A DNA stretch of 64,000 nt from an uncultured virus (IMG/VR IMGVR_UViG_3300025617_001081). Its lineage: Duplodnaviria; Heunggongvirae; Uroviricota; Caudoviricetes. The translations under genes were made by a program, and so were the position numbers. The stretch is from IMG/VR virus record IMGVR_UViG_3300025617_001081; one strand, written 5' to 3'. Below, in pieces: positions 46,925 through 56,824 of the stretch. The first letter of the stretch is position 1. Every line of letters starts with the position of its first letter. Under the pieces are notes generated by a model that ran no database searches, was not told the DNA's origin, and worked only from the letters and a program-made list of their open reading frames with translations.

Positions 46925-48402
46925 GTAAAAAACATCTTCCAGAATCGTTAACCAAAGGCGGGCCTGGAGATAACTCTCGGCCAGGAAATATAAACACAGA
47001 AGAATGGTGGAAACGATTAGACGAAGAAGGCGAAATAATAGCTAAAGAACCAAACTCTATTGTACAACAGGCGAAAAACAAAGATATTTATTTTTGCACT
47101 ATTCCGTTTACTCAAATTTATTCTGAAATAGATGGTCAGTATTGTGCATGTTGTTTTGGGGCACCGTCTGGTTTAAGTGTTGAGGACGTTCCTATAAAAG
47201 AATGGATGGAAAAGAGCCAATACATGAATGATCTACGTAGAGAAATGACAACTCCGGGTTCCGATCTCAAGACTGTAGATCATCACTGTAGACGATGCAG
47301 ACAAGACGAAGCAAGATACGGCAGATCGAGAAGAACTAATTGTTTAAAAATTCATACAAATGATGCTAAATTTTGGAATAAGATTGAAAAACAAGTTTCT
47401 AAATACAAAGAGACAGGCGAGTTTTTAATCAAAGGAGAGCGCATCTACGAAATACAATTGAAAATCTATGGTTCTGAATGTAATTTAGATTGTTATATGT
47501 GTATGCATGCAAATTCAACTACAAGACAAAATGTTGCCAACAAAGGAGTTTACAGCGACGAAATATTTGGAAAAAGAACCCAAAAAAGAGAAGAATACAT
47601 TGCACATGTAATGAAAGATAAAACGAAAGGTGTTACAGATCAAATATTAGAAATTGCGCCTTACATTCGTAGTATTAAAGTAATTGGAGGAGAACCTTTA
47701 ATTATGAAAAAACACTACGAATTATTAGATAAACTTATTGATTCAGGACATGCTAGGTATATTAGAATTAAATACCAAACTAATTTAACAGAAACAAAAG
47801 CAGGTAGACATAATCTATTTAAATATATTCCTTATTTTCAAAGAGTAACTATCGTTGCGTCAGTTGACGGAGTAGGTGCTCCGATTGAATACATGCGCAG
47901 AAGAACTGTTTGGGATAAGGTAGTGGAAAATATAGAAATATGTAAAGATTATCCTAATGTTTTTATTGATTTTAACGGACTTGTATCATTCTTAAGTGTT
48001 TTAAGATTTTATGAAGTGGTAGACTGGTGTAAAGATCATCCTGTGGTTCATCAATTAAATTGGGCTCATGTAGATAATCCTAAACACTTACGTCCTAATA
48101 ACTTACCAGAAAAATTAAAAAAAGAACTTATTACAAAATATAAAGACTGGCCTGATATTATTGCTGCTCTTGAAATGCCGCAAGATCCAGACATAGATAT
48201 ACAAGATATTTTTGAATACTTGTTAAGGGCAGACGAATTTTATAAAGGTACCAAATGGGAGATGAACTTATTTGATGTTTTTCCAGAACTAGAAGAATTT
48301 TATGAATCTCGCCCTGTTACAGATAAACAAAAAGAAATGTTCAAACAATGGGATAAAGCAATAGAAGAACAAGGAAAATTAGATAAAGAAAACATCTTAT
48401 AA
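46921..48402 (+). CDS. Radical SAM protein with an N-terminal Twitch-like domain
   Basis: FCTIPF..CACC..CRRC; CNLDCYMC; IGGEP. Confidence 0.88.
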   Translation: MSKKHLPESLTKGGPGDNSRPGNINTEEWWKRLDEEGEIIAKEPNSIVQQAKNKDIYFCTIPFTQIYSEIDGQYCACCFGAPSGLSVEDVPIKEWMEKSQYMNDLRREMTTPGSDLKTVDHHCRRCRQDEARYGRSRRTNCLKIHTNDAKFWNKIEKQVSKYKETGEFLIKGERIYEIQLKIYGSECNLDCYMCMHANSTTRQNVANKGVYSDEIFGKRTQKREEYIAHVMKDKTKGVTDQILEIAPYIRSIKVIGGEPLIMKKHYELLDKLIDSGHARYIRIKYQTNLTETKAGRHNLFKYIPYFQRVTIVASVDGVGAPIEYMRRRTVWDKVVENIEICKDYPNVFIDFNGLVSFLSVLRFYEVVDWCKDHPVVHQLNWAHVDNPKHLRPNNLPEKLKKELITKYKDWPDIIAALEMPQDPDIDIQDIFEYLLRADEFYKGTKWEMNLFDVFPELEEFYESRPVTDKQKEMFKQWDKAIEEQGKLDKENIL

Positions 48403-49025
48403 TGAATATAGATTTTGTAAATTTTTTTAATAGGACTGACAGACTAAATTTAGATATATCAAATCGTTGTCCTCTTGAGTGTCCTCATTGTATTAGACAA
48501 ACACAGTATAAAAATAGTAATATAGACATACCTGGTGAAGATTTATCTTTAGATAGTTTTAAAAAAATTACAGAATTTACAAATGCAATCCATTTTTGTG
48601 GTCAACTATCAGATCCTATTCACCATCCTATGTTTATCGACTTTCTTAAAATATGTTTTGACAAAAACATAGATACTTCTATTGCAGTAGCATCATCTTT
48701 TAAATCTTTAGATTGGTTTGTAAAGGCATTTAAAGCAAATCCAAATGCAAATTGGATTTTTGGAATTGACGGGCTGCCTAAAGATAGTAAAATTTATAGA
48801 AAACATCAAGATGGCGAAAAATTATATAAAGTAATGATAGAATCTACAAAATACTTGAATGTCAAACCCACTTGGCAATATATTGTATTTTCTTATAATG
48901 AAAATGACGTAACATTTGCATTAAATTTAGCCAAAGAAAATAATATTAATTTTATGATTATTAATTCAGCAAGATGGGACGAAAATGACAAATTGAAACC
49001 GTCTAAGGAAAAAAGTTTTGGATAA
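48402..49025 (+). CDS. Radical SAM protein (core domain only)
   Basis: CPLECPHC; GQLSDP; WQYIVF. Confidence 0.85.
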   Translation: MNIDFVNFFNRTDRLNLDISNRCPLECPHCIRQTQYKNSNIDIPGEDLSLDSFKKITEFTNAIHFCGQLSDPIHHPMFIDFLKICFDKNIDTSIAVASSFKSLDWFVKAFKANPNANWIFGIDGLPKDSKIYRKHQDGEKLYKVMIESTKYLNVKPTWQYIVFSYNENDVTFALNLAKENNINFMIINSARWDENDKLKPSKEKSFG

Positions 49026-49356
49026 ATTAGATCCTAAATGTTTTAAAAACGAAATCGGTTTTGCGATTACTAATAGAGGTCAACTTATTCCTTGTTGTCG
49101 ATGCGATACTATAGATACATTAAATGATCCTAAATTTAAAAAACTACTCAGCGTAAGTAATATAGTAGATTACAACAATATAAAAGATATATTAAACACA
49201 CAAGAATGGCAAGAATTTTATCAAAATCTAAAAAATCATCAAGGACCGGCAGCATGCTACCAAACATGCAGAGCAAATAAAAAAGATTGCGATATACAGA
49301 AATTAGAAAAAATAAATCCAACCACCAATGAAATAATTTTTTCAAATAAACGTTGA
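49018..49356 (+). CDS. Stand-alone SPASM/Twitch-like Fe-S domain
   Basis: DPKC...GQLIPCC...CYQTC; TTG start. Confidence 0.7.
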   Translation: MDKLDPKCFKNEIGFAITNRGQLIPCCRCDTIDTLNDPKFKKLLSVSNIVDYNNIKDILNTQEWQEFYQNLKNHQGPAACYQTCRANKKDCDIQKLEKINPTTNEIIFSNKR

Positions 49357-49381
49357 CATTGAACCATCTTTATAGTACAAT
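49353..49381 (+). promoter_or_regulatory. Sigma70-type promoter
   Basis: TTGACA-17 nt-TACAAT. Confidence 0.8.
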
Positions 49382-49402
49382 AATTAGTATATAGGAATAA
49401 TC

Positions 49403-50260
49403 ATGACAGTAAAAACTCTTGAAGATTTAAAACGCTCAGATTATCGTACAGTAGATTTTTATATGACAAAGTCTTGTAACAAAAGCTGTCACTATTGTAC
49501 TGCATGGACACTTGAGATGCGTAATCTTAATGTTGACATGGATTTTTTGCGGACAATCTTAGAAGGACTTAGTCCTTACAAAACTCGAATTTGCTTGTTA
49601 GGCGGTGAACCGGGTCTCATTAAAAATCTTGACCAAGTTATTGCTGAAATTAAGAAACACGAAAATCTTGTTGTGCAAGTTCTTTCAAATAGTCTTATTC
49701 GCAAGTTTTATCCACATGTATTAGAAGATCCTGAAATTATCTACATCGAGCATTTGGTTCTTGACTTTTATGAAGATCGTATCGAAAAATTAGGTAACTA
49801 CGAATTTTTCAATGAAAATGATAAGAACAATTATAACTTAATTATAGAAACACCAAACTACTTTAAGTATAGAGAAAATTTTGATCTTACTATATTAGAT
49901 CACAAAAATACAGAGTTTAAAGAGTACAACTCACGTTCTCCAGATTATCATTCGGATCACGAAGTAATACAAGCATCTGAAATTAGACGACGCATCTGTG
50001 CTAAATTCCCACAAGTGCCTGTATTTGATTTTGAAATTAAAAAAATTAGACATTGTAGCAGGAAAGTAATTAATGGTAGTCGTCAGTTTAATGTTACAAA
50101 AGAAAATATTGAAAAAATGATGAACTACGAGTTATTTGAATTTGAAAATTACTGTCGATCATGTATGGATATAATTCCAGATAGACCGGTAGAACGTAAG
50201 TTAGAAATACTTGAAAAAATTGCCACAGAACCTATGGAGATTAATGTAATAAACCTATGA
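49403..50260 (+). CDS. Radical SAM protein
   Basis: CNKSCHYC; LGGEP; C-terminal Cys cluster. Confidence 0.85.
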   Translation: MTVKTLEDLKRSDYRTVDFYMTKSCNKSCHYCTAWTLEMRNLNVDMDFLRTILEGLSPYKTRICLLGGEPGLIKNLDQVIAEIKKHENLVVQVLSNSLIRKFYPHVLEDPEIIYIEHLVLDFYEDRIEKLGNYEFFNENDKNNYNLIIETPNYFKYRENFDLTILDHKNTEFKEYNSRSPDYHSDHEVIQASEIRRRICAKFPQVPVFDFEIKKIRHCSRKVINGSRQFNVTKENIEKMMNYELFEFENYCRSCMDIIPDRPVERKLEILEKIATEPMEINVINL

Positions 50261-51774
50261 AAAAAATATTTTCCGCAGCTATTAATATTCATGATCATAA
50301 TACTTACGATGGTGTTTTTCATCATCAAGCAGAACGATATACTAGAAAGAAACACAATCTCAATTTAGATAATCCGCACGATCCTACATTTAGTAGAGAT
50401 TTTTTCCTCACACATATACTATGGCAGTATTATCGCTGTCAACGAGAAAATGAAATTTTTAGCTTTAGTGTGTCTAATCTAGGGCAGGAGTTTGTTATCG
50501 ATTTAATCGAAAAATATTTTCAAGATACTAATTTTTTAAATTTTAAGCCAAATAACTTATGGGATTATTACCAAACTGACAATTATTATTATATAGATCA
50601 CCATCAAAGTCATGCTACATATGCATATTTGACTTCAGAATTTGAAGAATCAGACATTCTTGCAATCGACGGAAGAGGTTGGCAATTTAATTGTATTTTT
50701 ATCGATAAGCACGGTAATATAAAAGACTTGTCAGATAAATTGTCAATAGGCGGACTATGGAATCGAATTGCTCAAGATTTAGGATTTGGATATTTAGGTG
50801 CTGGTAAAGTAATGGGTCTTGCAGGCTATGGAAGATATTGTCATTTAGTAGATGCAATTGTACAAGCTTATTTGTTAAATCCAAATCATAAACTGCCAGA
50901 TTATGCTCATAGAGTTTTAAGAGATGTTAGAAAAGAAGATATTGCATTTACACTACAACAAGCAACTGTCGAACAAATTAAAGAACATGTATATCCTTTA
51001 AAAACCTGCAATAACATCTGTGTAGCGGGAGGAGTTGCATATAATGGATATATGAACGAAGAATTTACAAGACATTATACTAATGTACATGTTCCTCCAG
51101 CTGTAGGGGATGAAGGACAAGCATTAGGTACTTATATGCATGCAGATTATGTGTTGAACAAAAACGTTCACCAGCCGACTGTATATTCAGGGGAAGAGCA
51201 TGATATAGATGTATCTGTGTTCGAAGGGTTAGAATATAAAGAAATGCCGTTTGAAGAACTTACAACATACGTTGCTAATGCTATTGCACATGGTAAAATT
51301 GTAGGATGGTATCAAGGAAAAAGTGAAAGTGGTAATAGAGCCTTAGGTAATCGAAGTATACTTGCCGATCCTCGTAATCCTGAGATCAAGGATGTTATTA
51401 ACTCTAAAATAAAAATGCGAGAAGATTTTCGTCCGTTTGCTCCTAGTGTATTAGATGAACAATATGCAGAATACTTTAATACTAATCAGTCATCGCCTTA
51501 TATGAGTAGAATTATGTCTGTTAAAAGCGATGCTGTTCCAGGTGTTACGCATATAGATGGTACTGCTCGTATACAAACAGTAAAACGAGAGTTTAATCAA
51601 CGCTATTACGATTTGATTAATGAGTTTTACAAGCTAACTGGCATTCCTATGTTATTAAACACTAGTTTTAACTGTCAAGAGCCGATTGTAGAAACACCCG
51701 AAGATGCTGTTGCTACGTTTAAGAAATGTGGTCTCGATTTACTTATAATTGGAAATTATGTGGTGATGAAATGA
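50257..51774 (+). CDS. O-carbamoyltransferase (NodU/CmcH/TobZ family)
   Basis: HHQSHA, IDGRG, GKVMGLA, GGVAYN, RALGNRS, FRPFAP, HIDGTARIQ, LLNTSFN. Confidence 0.93.
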   Translation: MKKIFSAAINIHDHNTYDGVFHHQAERYTRKKHNLNLDNPHDPTFSRDFFLTHILWQYYRCQRENEIFSFSVSNLGQEFVIDLIEKYFQDTNFLNFKPNNLWDYYQTDNYYYIDHHQSHATYAYLTSEFEESDILAIDGRGWQFNCIFIDKHGNIKDLSDKLSIGGLWNRIAQDLGFGYLGAGKVMGLAGYGRYCHLVDAIVQAYLLNPNHKLPDYAHRVLRDVRKEDIAFTLQQATVEQIKEHVYPLKTCNNICVAGGVAYNGYMNEEFTRHYTNVHVPPAVGDEGQALGTYMHADYVLNKNVHQPTVYSGEEHDIDVSVFEGLEYKEMPFEELTTYVANAIAHGKIVGWYQGKSESGNRALGNRSILADPRNPEIKDVINSKIKMREDFRPFAPSVLDEQYAEYFNTNQSSPYMSRIMSVKSDAVPGVTHIDGTARIQTVKREFNQRYYDLINEFYKLTGIPMLLNTSFNCQEPIVETPEDAVATFKKCGLDLLIIGNYVVMK

Positions 51775-52430
51775 TAGACAGAGAAGATATTACCTTAATA
51801 AAAAATATTTTAAGTATCGATAACAAAGATATTGATACTACCTTATTATATAATGTTTTAAGTGCAACAAAAGATTTTTCAGATATAGAAAAAGATTTAT
51901 TTGATAGTTTTAGTAAAAATCAGTTGATATCAAAGAATAAAGTTTTATCAATGATTAATAACTTGAATATTCTAAATAATAACAGTGAGGTAATTATTTT
52001 TGGATCTTGGTACGGTAGTGTTCTTATTCCTGGTCTTGCTAACAAAGTCAAAAGAATAACATGTATAGACTTAGACGAAAAAGTTCTAAAAATTGCTAAA
52101 AATAGATTATTTAAAGATTATTCTAATGTAGAATATATTCCTGCAGATGTTTTTGAAAAAGATAGAGAAAGATATTGGCATGCAGATCTTTTTATTAATA
52201 CATCATGCGAACACATGCCTTCTATGAAACAATGGCCTTATTGGCCTAGTACCACACATTTTGTTTTTACATCGAACAATATGTATAGTATAGAAGGCCA
52301 TATAAATTGTGTTGATAACATTGAACAATTTAAAGAACAACTACCTAATAATTCCACAGTGTTAGAAGAAGATGAAATTATGGATGCAAGGGGTTTTAGA
52401 TTTTTTCTTGCTGGTCGAATCGATTCTTAA
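51771..52430 (+). CDS. Class I SAM-dependent methyltransferase-like protein
   Basis: IFGSWYG, CIDLD, INTSCEH; ATG 51771 coupled to the upstream stop. Confidence 0.7.
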   Translation: MIDREDITLIKNILSIDNKDIDTTLLYNVLSATKDFSDIEKDLFDSFSKNQLISKNKVLSMINNLNILNNNSEVIIFGSWYGSVLIPGLANKVKRITCIDLDEKVLKIAKNRLFKDYSNVEYIPADVFEKDRERYWHADLFINTSCEHMPSMKQWPYWPSTTHFVFTSNNMYSIEGHINCVDNIEQFKEQLPNNSTVLEEDEIMDARGFRFFLAGRIDS

Positions 52431-53079
52431 GCCATGCAAAGTCGTTTATACTAGAAATATCTGCTCTATTATTTTCGCCAAACTCTTTCCCTTGTTTAGC
52501 ACCTAACGTAGCGTAGTTTCCAAATTCTGAACCGTTATTCACAGTAATCCAAGTTTCTAATCTGCTAGATGTTTCAAGATTGTCTTGCCTATCAATTGCT
52601 TGGCTTGCTAATTTTGCACATTCTCTGAAAGCTGATTTCCATGTGTTGAACGGATCTGTATTAAATTCTGTAATATTAGATACTTCAGGCAAAGGTACAA
52701 ATTTTTCACTAATACTAGTAGTCATATCAAAACTATTAGTATCTATTACTTGTGTAAGAGCCTTAGGAAGTAACTTTACTCCGCCATAACCGTATACTAA
52801 GTTGTTAATAGGGTTTTTACTTTTACAAACATACACAGTGTCATAGTTTATGTCTTTATAAGCATCGCTGTATTCAAAATTAAACTCTGGTAATATAACA
52901 GCGTCAGCATCTACTACCCAAAACATTTTTGTTAAAGAAACTTCCGCAGCTTTTTTATGTGCATTATGGATTCCTTTAACACCGTCTATTCTTTGCGCCG
53001 TAGGAAATCTAGATCTTAAGGCTTGCCAGTTTTTATCTGCATTAGGTTCATTATATGAAATAAAAATTATATCGTACAT
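52396..53079 (-). CDS. GT-A-like glycosyltransferase
   Basis: DIIFISYNEPNA, VVDAD (DxD), YGYGGVK, AFRE. Confidence 0.6.
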   Translation of the reverse strand: MYDIIFISYNEPNADKNWQALRSRFPTAQRIDGVKGIHNAHKKAAEVSLTKMFWVVDADAVILPEFNFEYSDAYKDINYDTVYVCKSKNPINNLVYGYGGVKLLPKALTQVIDTNSFDMTTSISEKFVPLPEVSNITEFNTDPFNTWKSAFRECAKLASQAIDRQDNLETSSRLETWITVNNGSEFGNYATLGAKQGKEFGENNRADISSINDFAWLKNRFDQQEKI

Positions 53080-53085
53080 GTTTAT

Positions 53086-53113
53086 AGTATACTACCTTTT
53101 TTGTATTTGTCAA
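53086..53113 (-). promoter_or_regulatory. Sigma70-type promoter; transcript probably leaderless
   Basis: Minus strand TTGACA-16 nt-TATACT; ATG 6 nt downstream; no SD. Confidence 0.7.
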
Positions 53114-53137
53114 ATAGTTTTACCGATAAGTATTATT

Positions 53138-53785
53138 ATGAAAAATGCACTCTTATTCGGTGGCGGCTCTAAATGGGGAGCGTCCTTGACAAAAACTTTA
53201 ATCAATAATAATTATCATATAGATCTTATATCAAGTAGTAACTTTGAGCATTCTAACGTAGATGTTTATTCCATTGACTGGAACGATTGTTCTGAGCAGA
53301 AATTAAACGATATTATCAACAACTTAAAGACAGAAAAATACGATTTAATATTTTTTAATCAAAATTCTGGAGGTGGTCCGAATGATATTTATTTTTCTCC
53401 AGATAACGATTTTCCTTTAGAATACTGGAATTCTGCATTTTGGGTTAATAGTCAACTTACGTACTATGCCGTAAAAAGATTAACGAACAAAATTACAGAT
53501 CATACAAAAATAGGATGGATGCTTACAGGACTTATTAACGGCAAAGATCCAGAATTTTGGAAGTTTGCAGGTTATGCTAGTGTGAAATCAACAAACTTAC
53601 ATTTAATGAGGGGATTTGCAAAATATCATCCTGGTATCTTTTTTTGTATACAGCCGATATGGTTTCCTCAGGGTGAAGAAGAAAAAGATGCAAATAGTAT
53701 TTTAAATACAATCGAAGGGTTAGATATTGAGGATTCAGGAAAAACGTTTAATAAAGACGGAACTATTTGGGATCTAACGCAGTAG
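53138..53785 (+). CDS. Short-chain dehydrogenase/reductase-like protein
   Basis: GGGSKWG, YASVK (YxxxK), SGKTF; TAAGTA 5 nt before ATG 53138. Confidence 0.7.
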   Translation: MKNALLFGGGSKWGASLTKTLINNNYHIDLISSSNFEHSNVDVYSIDWNDCSEQKLNDIINNLKTEKYDLIFFNQNSGGGPNDIYFSPDNDFPLEYWNSAFWVNSQLTYYAVKRLTNKITDHTKIGWMLTGLINGKDPEFWKFAGYASVKSTNLHLMRGFAKYHPGIFFCIQPIWFPQGEEEKDANSILNTIEGLDIEDSGKTFNKDGTIWDLTQ

Positions 53786-54407
53786 CGCATTGCCACTGAT
53801 TACAAAGAACTATCCTTCTATCTTCCGTAACTTCAGGAAGCATATGCCAGGTGTGTTCTGTGTTTAACCAAAAAGTACCAAACCATTTTTTACCTGTGCT
53901 TTTATAATACAGTTCATAATCATACTCTCCTGTTTTACGGTAATGTTCCGTAGTAGCAGAATTATCTTGTAAGTTTATTATGCCTGCCCAAAGAACAAAT
54001 CTATTATCAATATGGAATCCTTGGCTGAACCCCGGTTTGTCTAATATTAACAGTCCGTGTCTTTTTTTCCATAGTTGTTGTTCTTCGTACCATTGATCCA
54101 ACATTTTATCTTTTGATTTTGCTTTTCCGTAGTATATTGGATAATTAACAGGATCAAGTTTTATAATGTGTTTTGTAATTTCTTTAAAGCATAGAGAAAT
54201 GTTATAGGCAAATTTTTCAGCAACTTTGCTTTTTCCCCTATACGCAAATCTGTTTGCTTTTTGAGTTAGCTCATCGTTGTAATTAATTTCTTTAAAACTA
54301 TCAACTTCTTGATAAATTTTATCAAGTTTTTCATCTGGCAAAAAAGGTTCGAACTCTACTTGCACTATAGCAGGATTATCGTTAACTGTTATAATGTTTT
54401 TTATCAT
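53763..54407 (-). CDS. 2OG-Fe(II) oxygenase
   Basis: FHID...TWH...RRIV. Confidence 0.7.
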   Translation of the reverse strand: MIKNIITVNDNPAIVQVEFEPFLPDEKLDKIYQEVDSFKEINYNDELTQKANRFAYRGKSKVAEKFAYNISLCFKEITKHIIKLDPVNYPIYYGKAKSKDKMLDQWYEEQQLWKKRHGLLILDKPGFSQGFHIDNRFVLWAGIINLQDNSATTEHYRKTGEYDYELYYKSTGKKWFGTFWLNTEHTWHMLPEVTEDRRIVLCNQWQCATALDPK

Positions 54408-54408
54408 T

Positions 54409-55620
54409 TTACCACTTCTCTATGTTATATTCATCGGCAAACTCTTCGAACCAAGGCATTGTTTGAAATAAGTTTTGGTTTCTGCTTTGATCAAATTTGC
54501 GTGTAATATTAAAAAATTTTTGAGCTTGAATAATATCAACAGGCTTTTCAATTGCAGATTTTAATGTTTTAATTAAACTATGTACATGAGGGTGTATATA
54601 TTCCATACTACTAAGTTTATCAACTTGTGTTTTAAGAATATGTTTAGGAACTAGGTTCAACTGATTACTTCCCTGTATATCTATAAAATAAAAAGAAGTT
54701 TTTTGTCCAGCAGTGTGTGATAAATCTCCATTTATTAAATCATAATAATTATGGGCATTTAAATTTTGCATTGTTGTAGATATGCCACAGTTAAAAGTTC
54801 CATGATTTACCATTTTTTCTAACTCTCTATAGTTTTTTAAAAGTTTAGAAAAATTGCCAGGCCACCTAATATAGTTGTATGTATCTCCTTCGCCATCAAT
54901 GCTGACAGATAAATCTACAGATTTAAACTTGCTCCACCTATCAAAATAAGAACTAATCTTGTTAGTATACAAGTTTGTATTTGTTTTTAGAGATATATTT
55001 TTAGCCGTTCCATTTCGAATAAGAAGATCTAGTATTTCATCAAAAAAATCATTAACTAACGGTTCTCCGCCTACTGCATAAATTGCTTCTAAATTAGTAC
55101 ATTTATCTATAAACTCAAGAATATCATCTTTTATTTGTCTGCTAGGATTATGATCTATTTCACCGTTCCAGTTGCCTATTTCTTTTAAATTTTTTGCAAG
55201 AAGCGTACTACTTGTAGCATCGCACATTCTACACGCTAAGTTACATTTATTTCCAAGATTAATATCAATGTAACGTATGTCACTGTATTCAAGATGTTTT
55301 TTAAAAGTTTCTTTACTGTGTTTTATTAATCCAGGATGATGAGGATCTAATGCATTTTTTCTAAAGCTAAGAGCTCCTATATCGTCTGCATTCCAACATC
55401 TTACACATGTAGGATGTCTTTCATTCTTTAAAAATGATTCTCTAACATCGTAAAGATATTCATTGTTAAGAATGTCATTTGTATCGCCTAATTTAAAATA
55501 ATAAGGTTTGGGGATGTCAAATGCACAACTACAACATTGTCTTACAGAACCGTATTGATCTAAACTAACAGTTAAAAAAGGAAAAACACAATAGTTAGAA
55601 AATTGTTCAAGATCTATCAA
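54409..55620 (-). CDS. Radical SAM protein with an N-terminal Twitch-like domain
   Basis: YCVFPF..QCC..CVRCW; CNLACRMC; VGGEP. Confidence 0.88.
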   Translation of the reverse strand: MIDLEQFSNYCVFPFLTVSLDQYGSVRQCCSCAFDIPKPYYFKLGDTNDILNNEYLYDVRESFLKNERHPTCVRCWNADDIGALSFRKNALDPHHPGLIKHSKETFKKHLEYSDIRYIDINLGNKCNLACRMCDATSSTLLAKNLKEIGNWNGEIDHNPSRQIKDDILEFIDKCTNLEAIYAVGGEPLVNDFFDEILDLLIRNGTAKNISLKTNTNLYTNKISSYFDRWSKFKSVDLSVSIDGEGDTYNYIRWPGNFSKLLKNYRELEKMVNHGTFNCGISTTMQNLNAHNYYDLINGDLSHTAGQKTSFYFIDIQGSNQLNLVPKHILKTQVDKLSSMEYIHPHVHSLIKTLKSAIEKPVDIIQAQKFFNITRKFDQSRNQNLFQTMPWFEEFADEYNIEKW

Positions 55621-56824
55621 GATATGCTCCTAATTTATCTCCTAGTTCTCCAAAATCTAAACCATTCCATTCTCTACCACAACAACTACCACATTTAAAA
55701 GGTCTCATTCTATTGCTAGATTTTCCATCTACTTTCCAAGTATCAGGAATGTACTTGGCAAATGCAGGACGCTGTAAAATTTCATACAGATCATATCTAT
55801 GCATATTAAACTGTTCTAATCCTCCTGAAAGATCTAATAGTTGAATATAATTTTCGTCTCTCCTACTTTTCTTAGGAAAGAAAGGTTCTGATCCTAAGAA
55901 ACAACAAGGAGATACGGTACCGTCTGCCCCAATATAAATTTCATTATTAGAATCTTTTCTAGTTCCAGCAACAGATCTACAATCGATATTTAACTTGTTT
56001 AATTCAACTTCTCTAAATTCTCCATTTACAAATACCTGTTGCACATTGTTTACACCTTCAACCTTCCTTAGTTGTTTTAAAGTCATACTTTGTCTTTCTT
56101 GGCCTTGAAACAATGTAGCATCTTCAAAATTATGTTGAAAAGATTTATCTGATGGTTGCTCTAAATTGTATAAGTATTTTCCTTTATGATAAACTTTATG
56201 ATATCCTAACCCATCTTCGTTATATCCGCCCCATCTTGTAGTCTTTTTAATATTAAAATTTTCAAAACCCATTTTGATAGCTAGATTTTTTGCTTCTTCT
56301 ACTTGGTGTTCATTGTGCTTGAATACAATATAATCCCAATGAGCTACTCCGCCGGCATCGATAAATGCTTGAGCGTTTTCTATAATCTTTTTAAAGTTTG
56401 TGTTCCTTCTGTACAAGTGATTAGTATCTTCCAATCCGTCAATACTAAATGTACAATAGTTTGCACGACTTTGCTCTTTGCGCATTACTGTACCTAACTG
56501 ATACCACCAATCTGTAGTTCTTAAACTTGCATTAGTGTTAACTGCTAGTCCTATTTTAGGATTTATTTGTCTAACATGTTTATAGATATTAGAAAAATCT
56601 CTACAAGCACACGGATCACCAAAATTTCCGCAACTTAATATTTTTCTTAAATCTTTTATGAATTGTTCAGGCCATGCATTTACAAATCCTTCTAATGTCC
56701 ATTCTGTATTAGCAAGAGCTGGATTTTCAAATCCGTCATCCGTATATCTAGGACACATAGGACATGCACTGTTACATTTATCACTAGGTTCCCAGTGTAC
56801 TTGATCAATTTTACCTTTCCACAT
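55607..56824 (-). CDS. Radical SAM/SPASM protein
   Basis: CNSACPMC; GNFGDP; VSPCC...CGSCC. Confidence 0.88.
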   Translation of the reverse strand: MWKGKIDQVHWEPSDKCNSACPMCPRYTDDGFENPALANTEWTLEGFVNAWPEQFIKDLRKILSCGNFGDPCACRDFSNIYKHVRQINPKIGLAVNTNASLRTTDWWYQLGTVMRKEQSRANYCTFSIDGLEDTNHLYRRNTNFKKIIENAQAFIDAGGVAHWDYIVFKHNEHQVEEAKNLAIKMGFENFNIKKTTRWGGYNEDGLGYHKVYHKGKYLYNLEQPSDKSFQHNFEDATLFQGQERQSMTLKQLRKVEGVNNVQQVFVNGEFREVELNKLNIDCRSVAGTRKDSNNEIYIGADGTVSPCCFLGSEPFFPKKSRRDENYIQLLDLSGGLEQFNMHRYDLYEILQRPAFAKYIPDTWKVDGKSSNRMRPFKCGSCCGREWNGLDFGELGDKLGAYLDRS

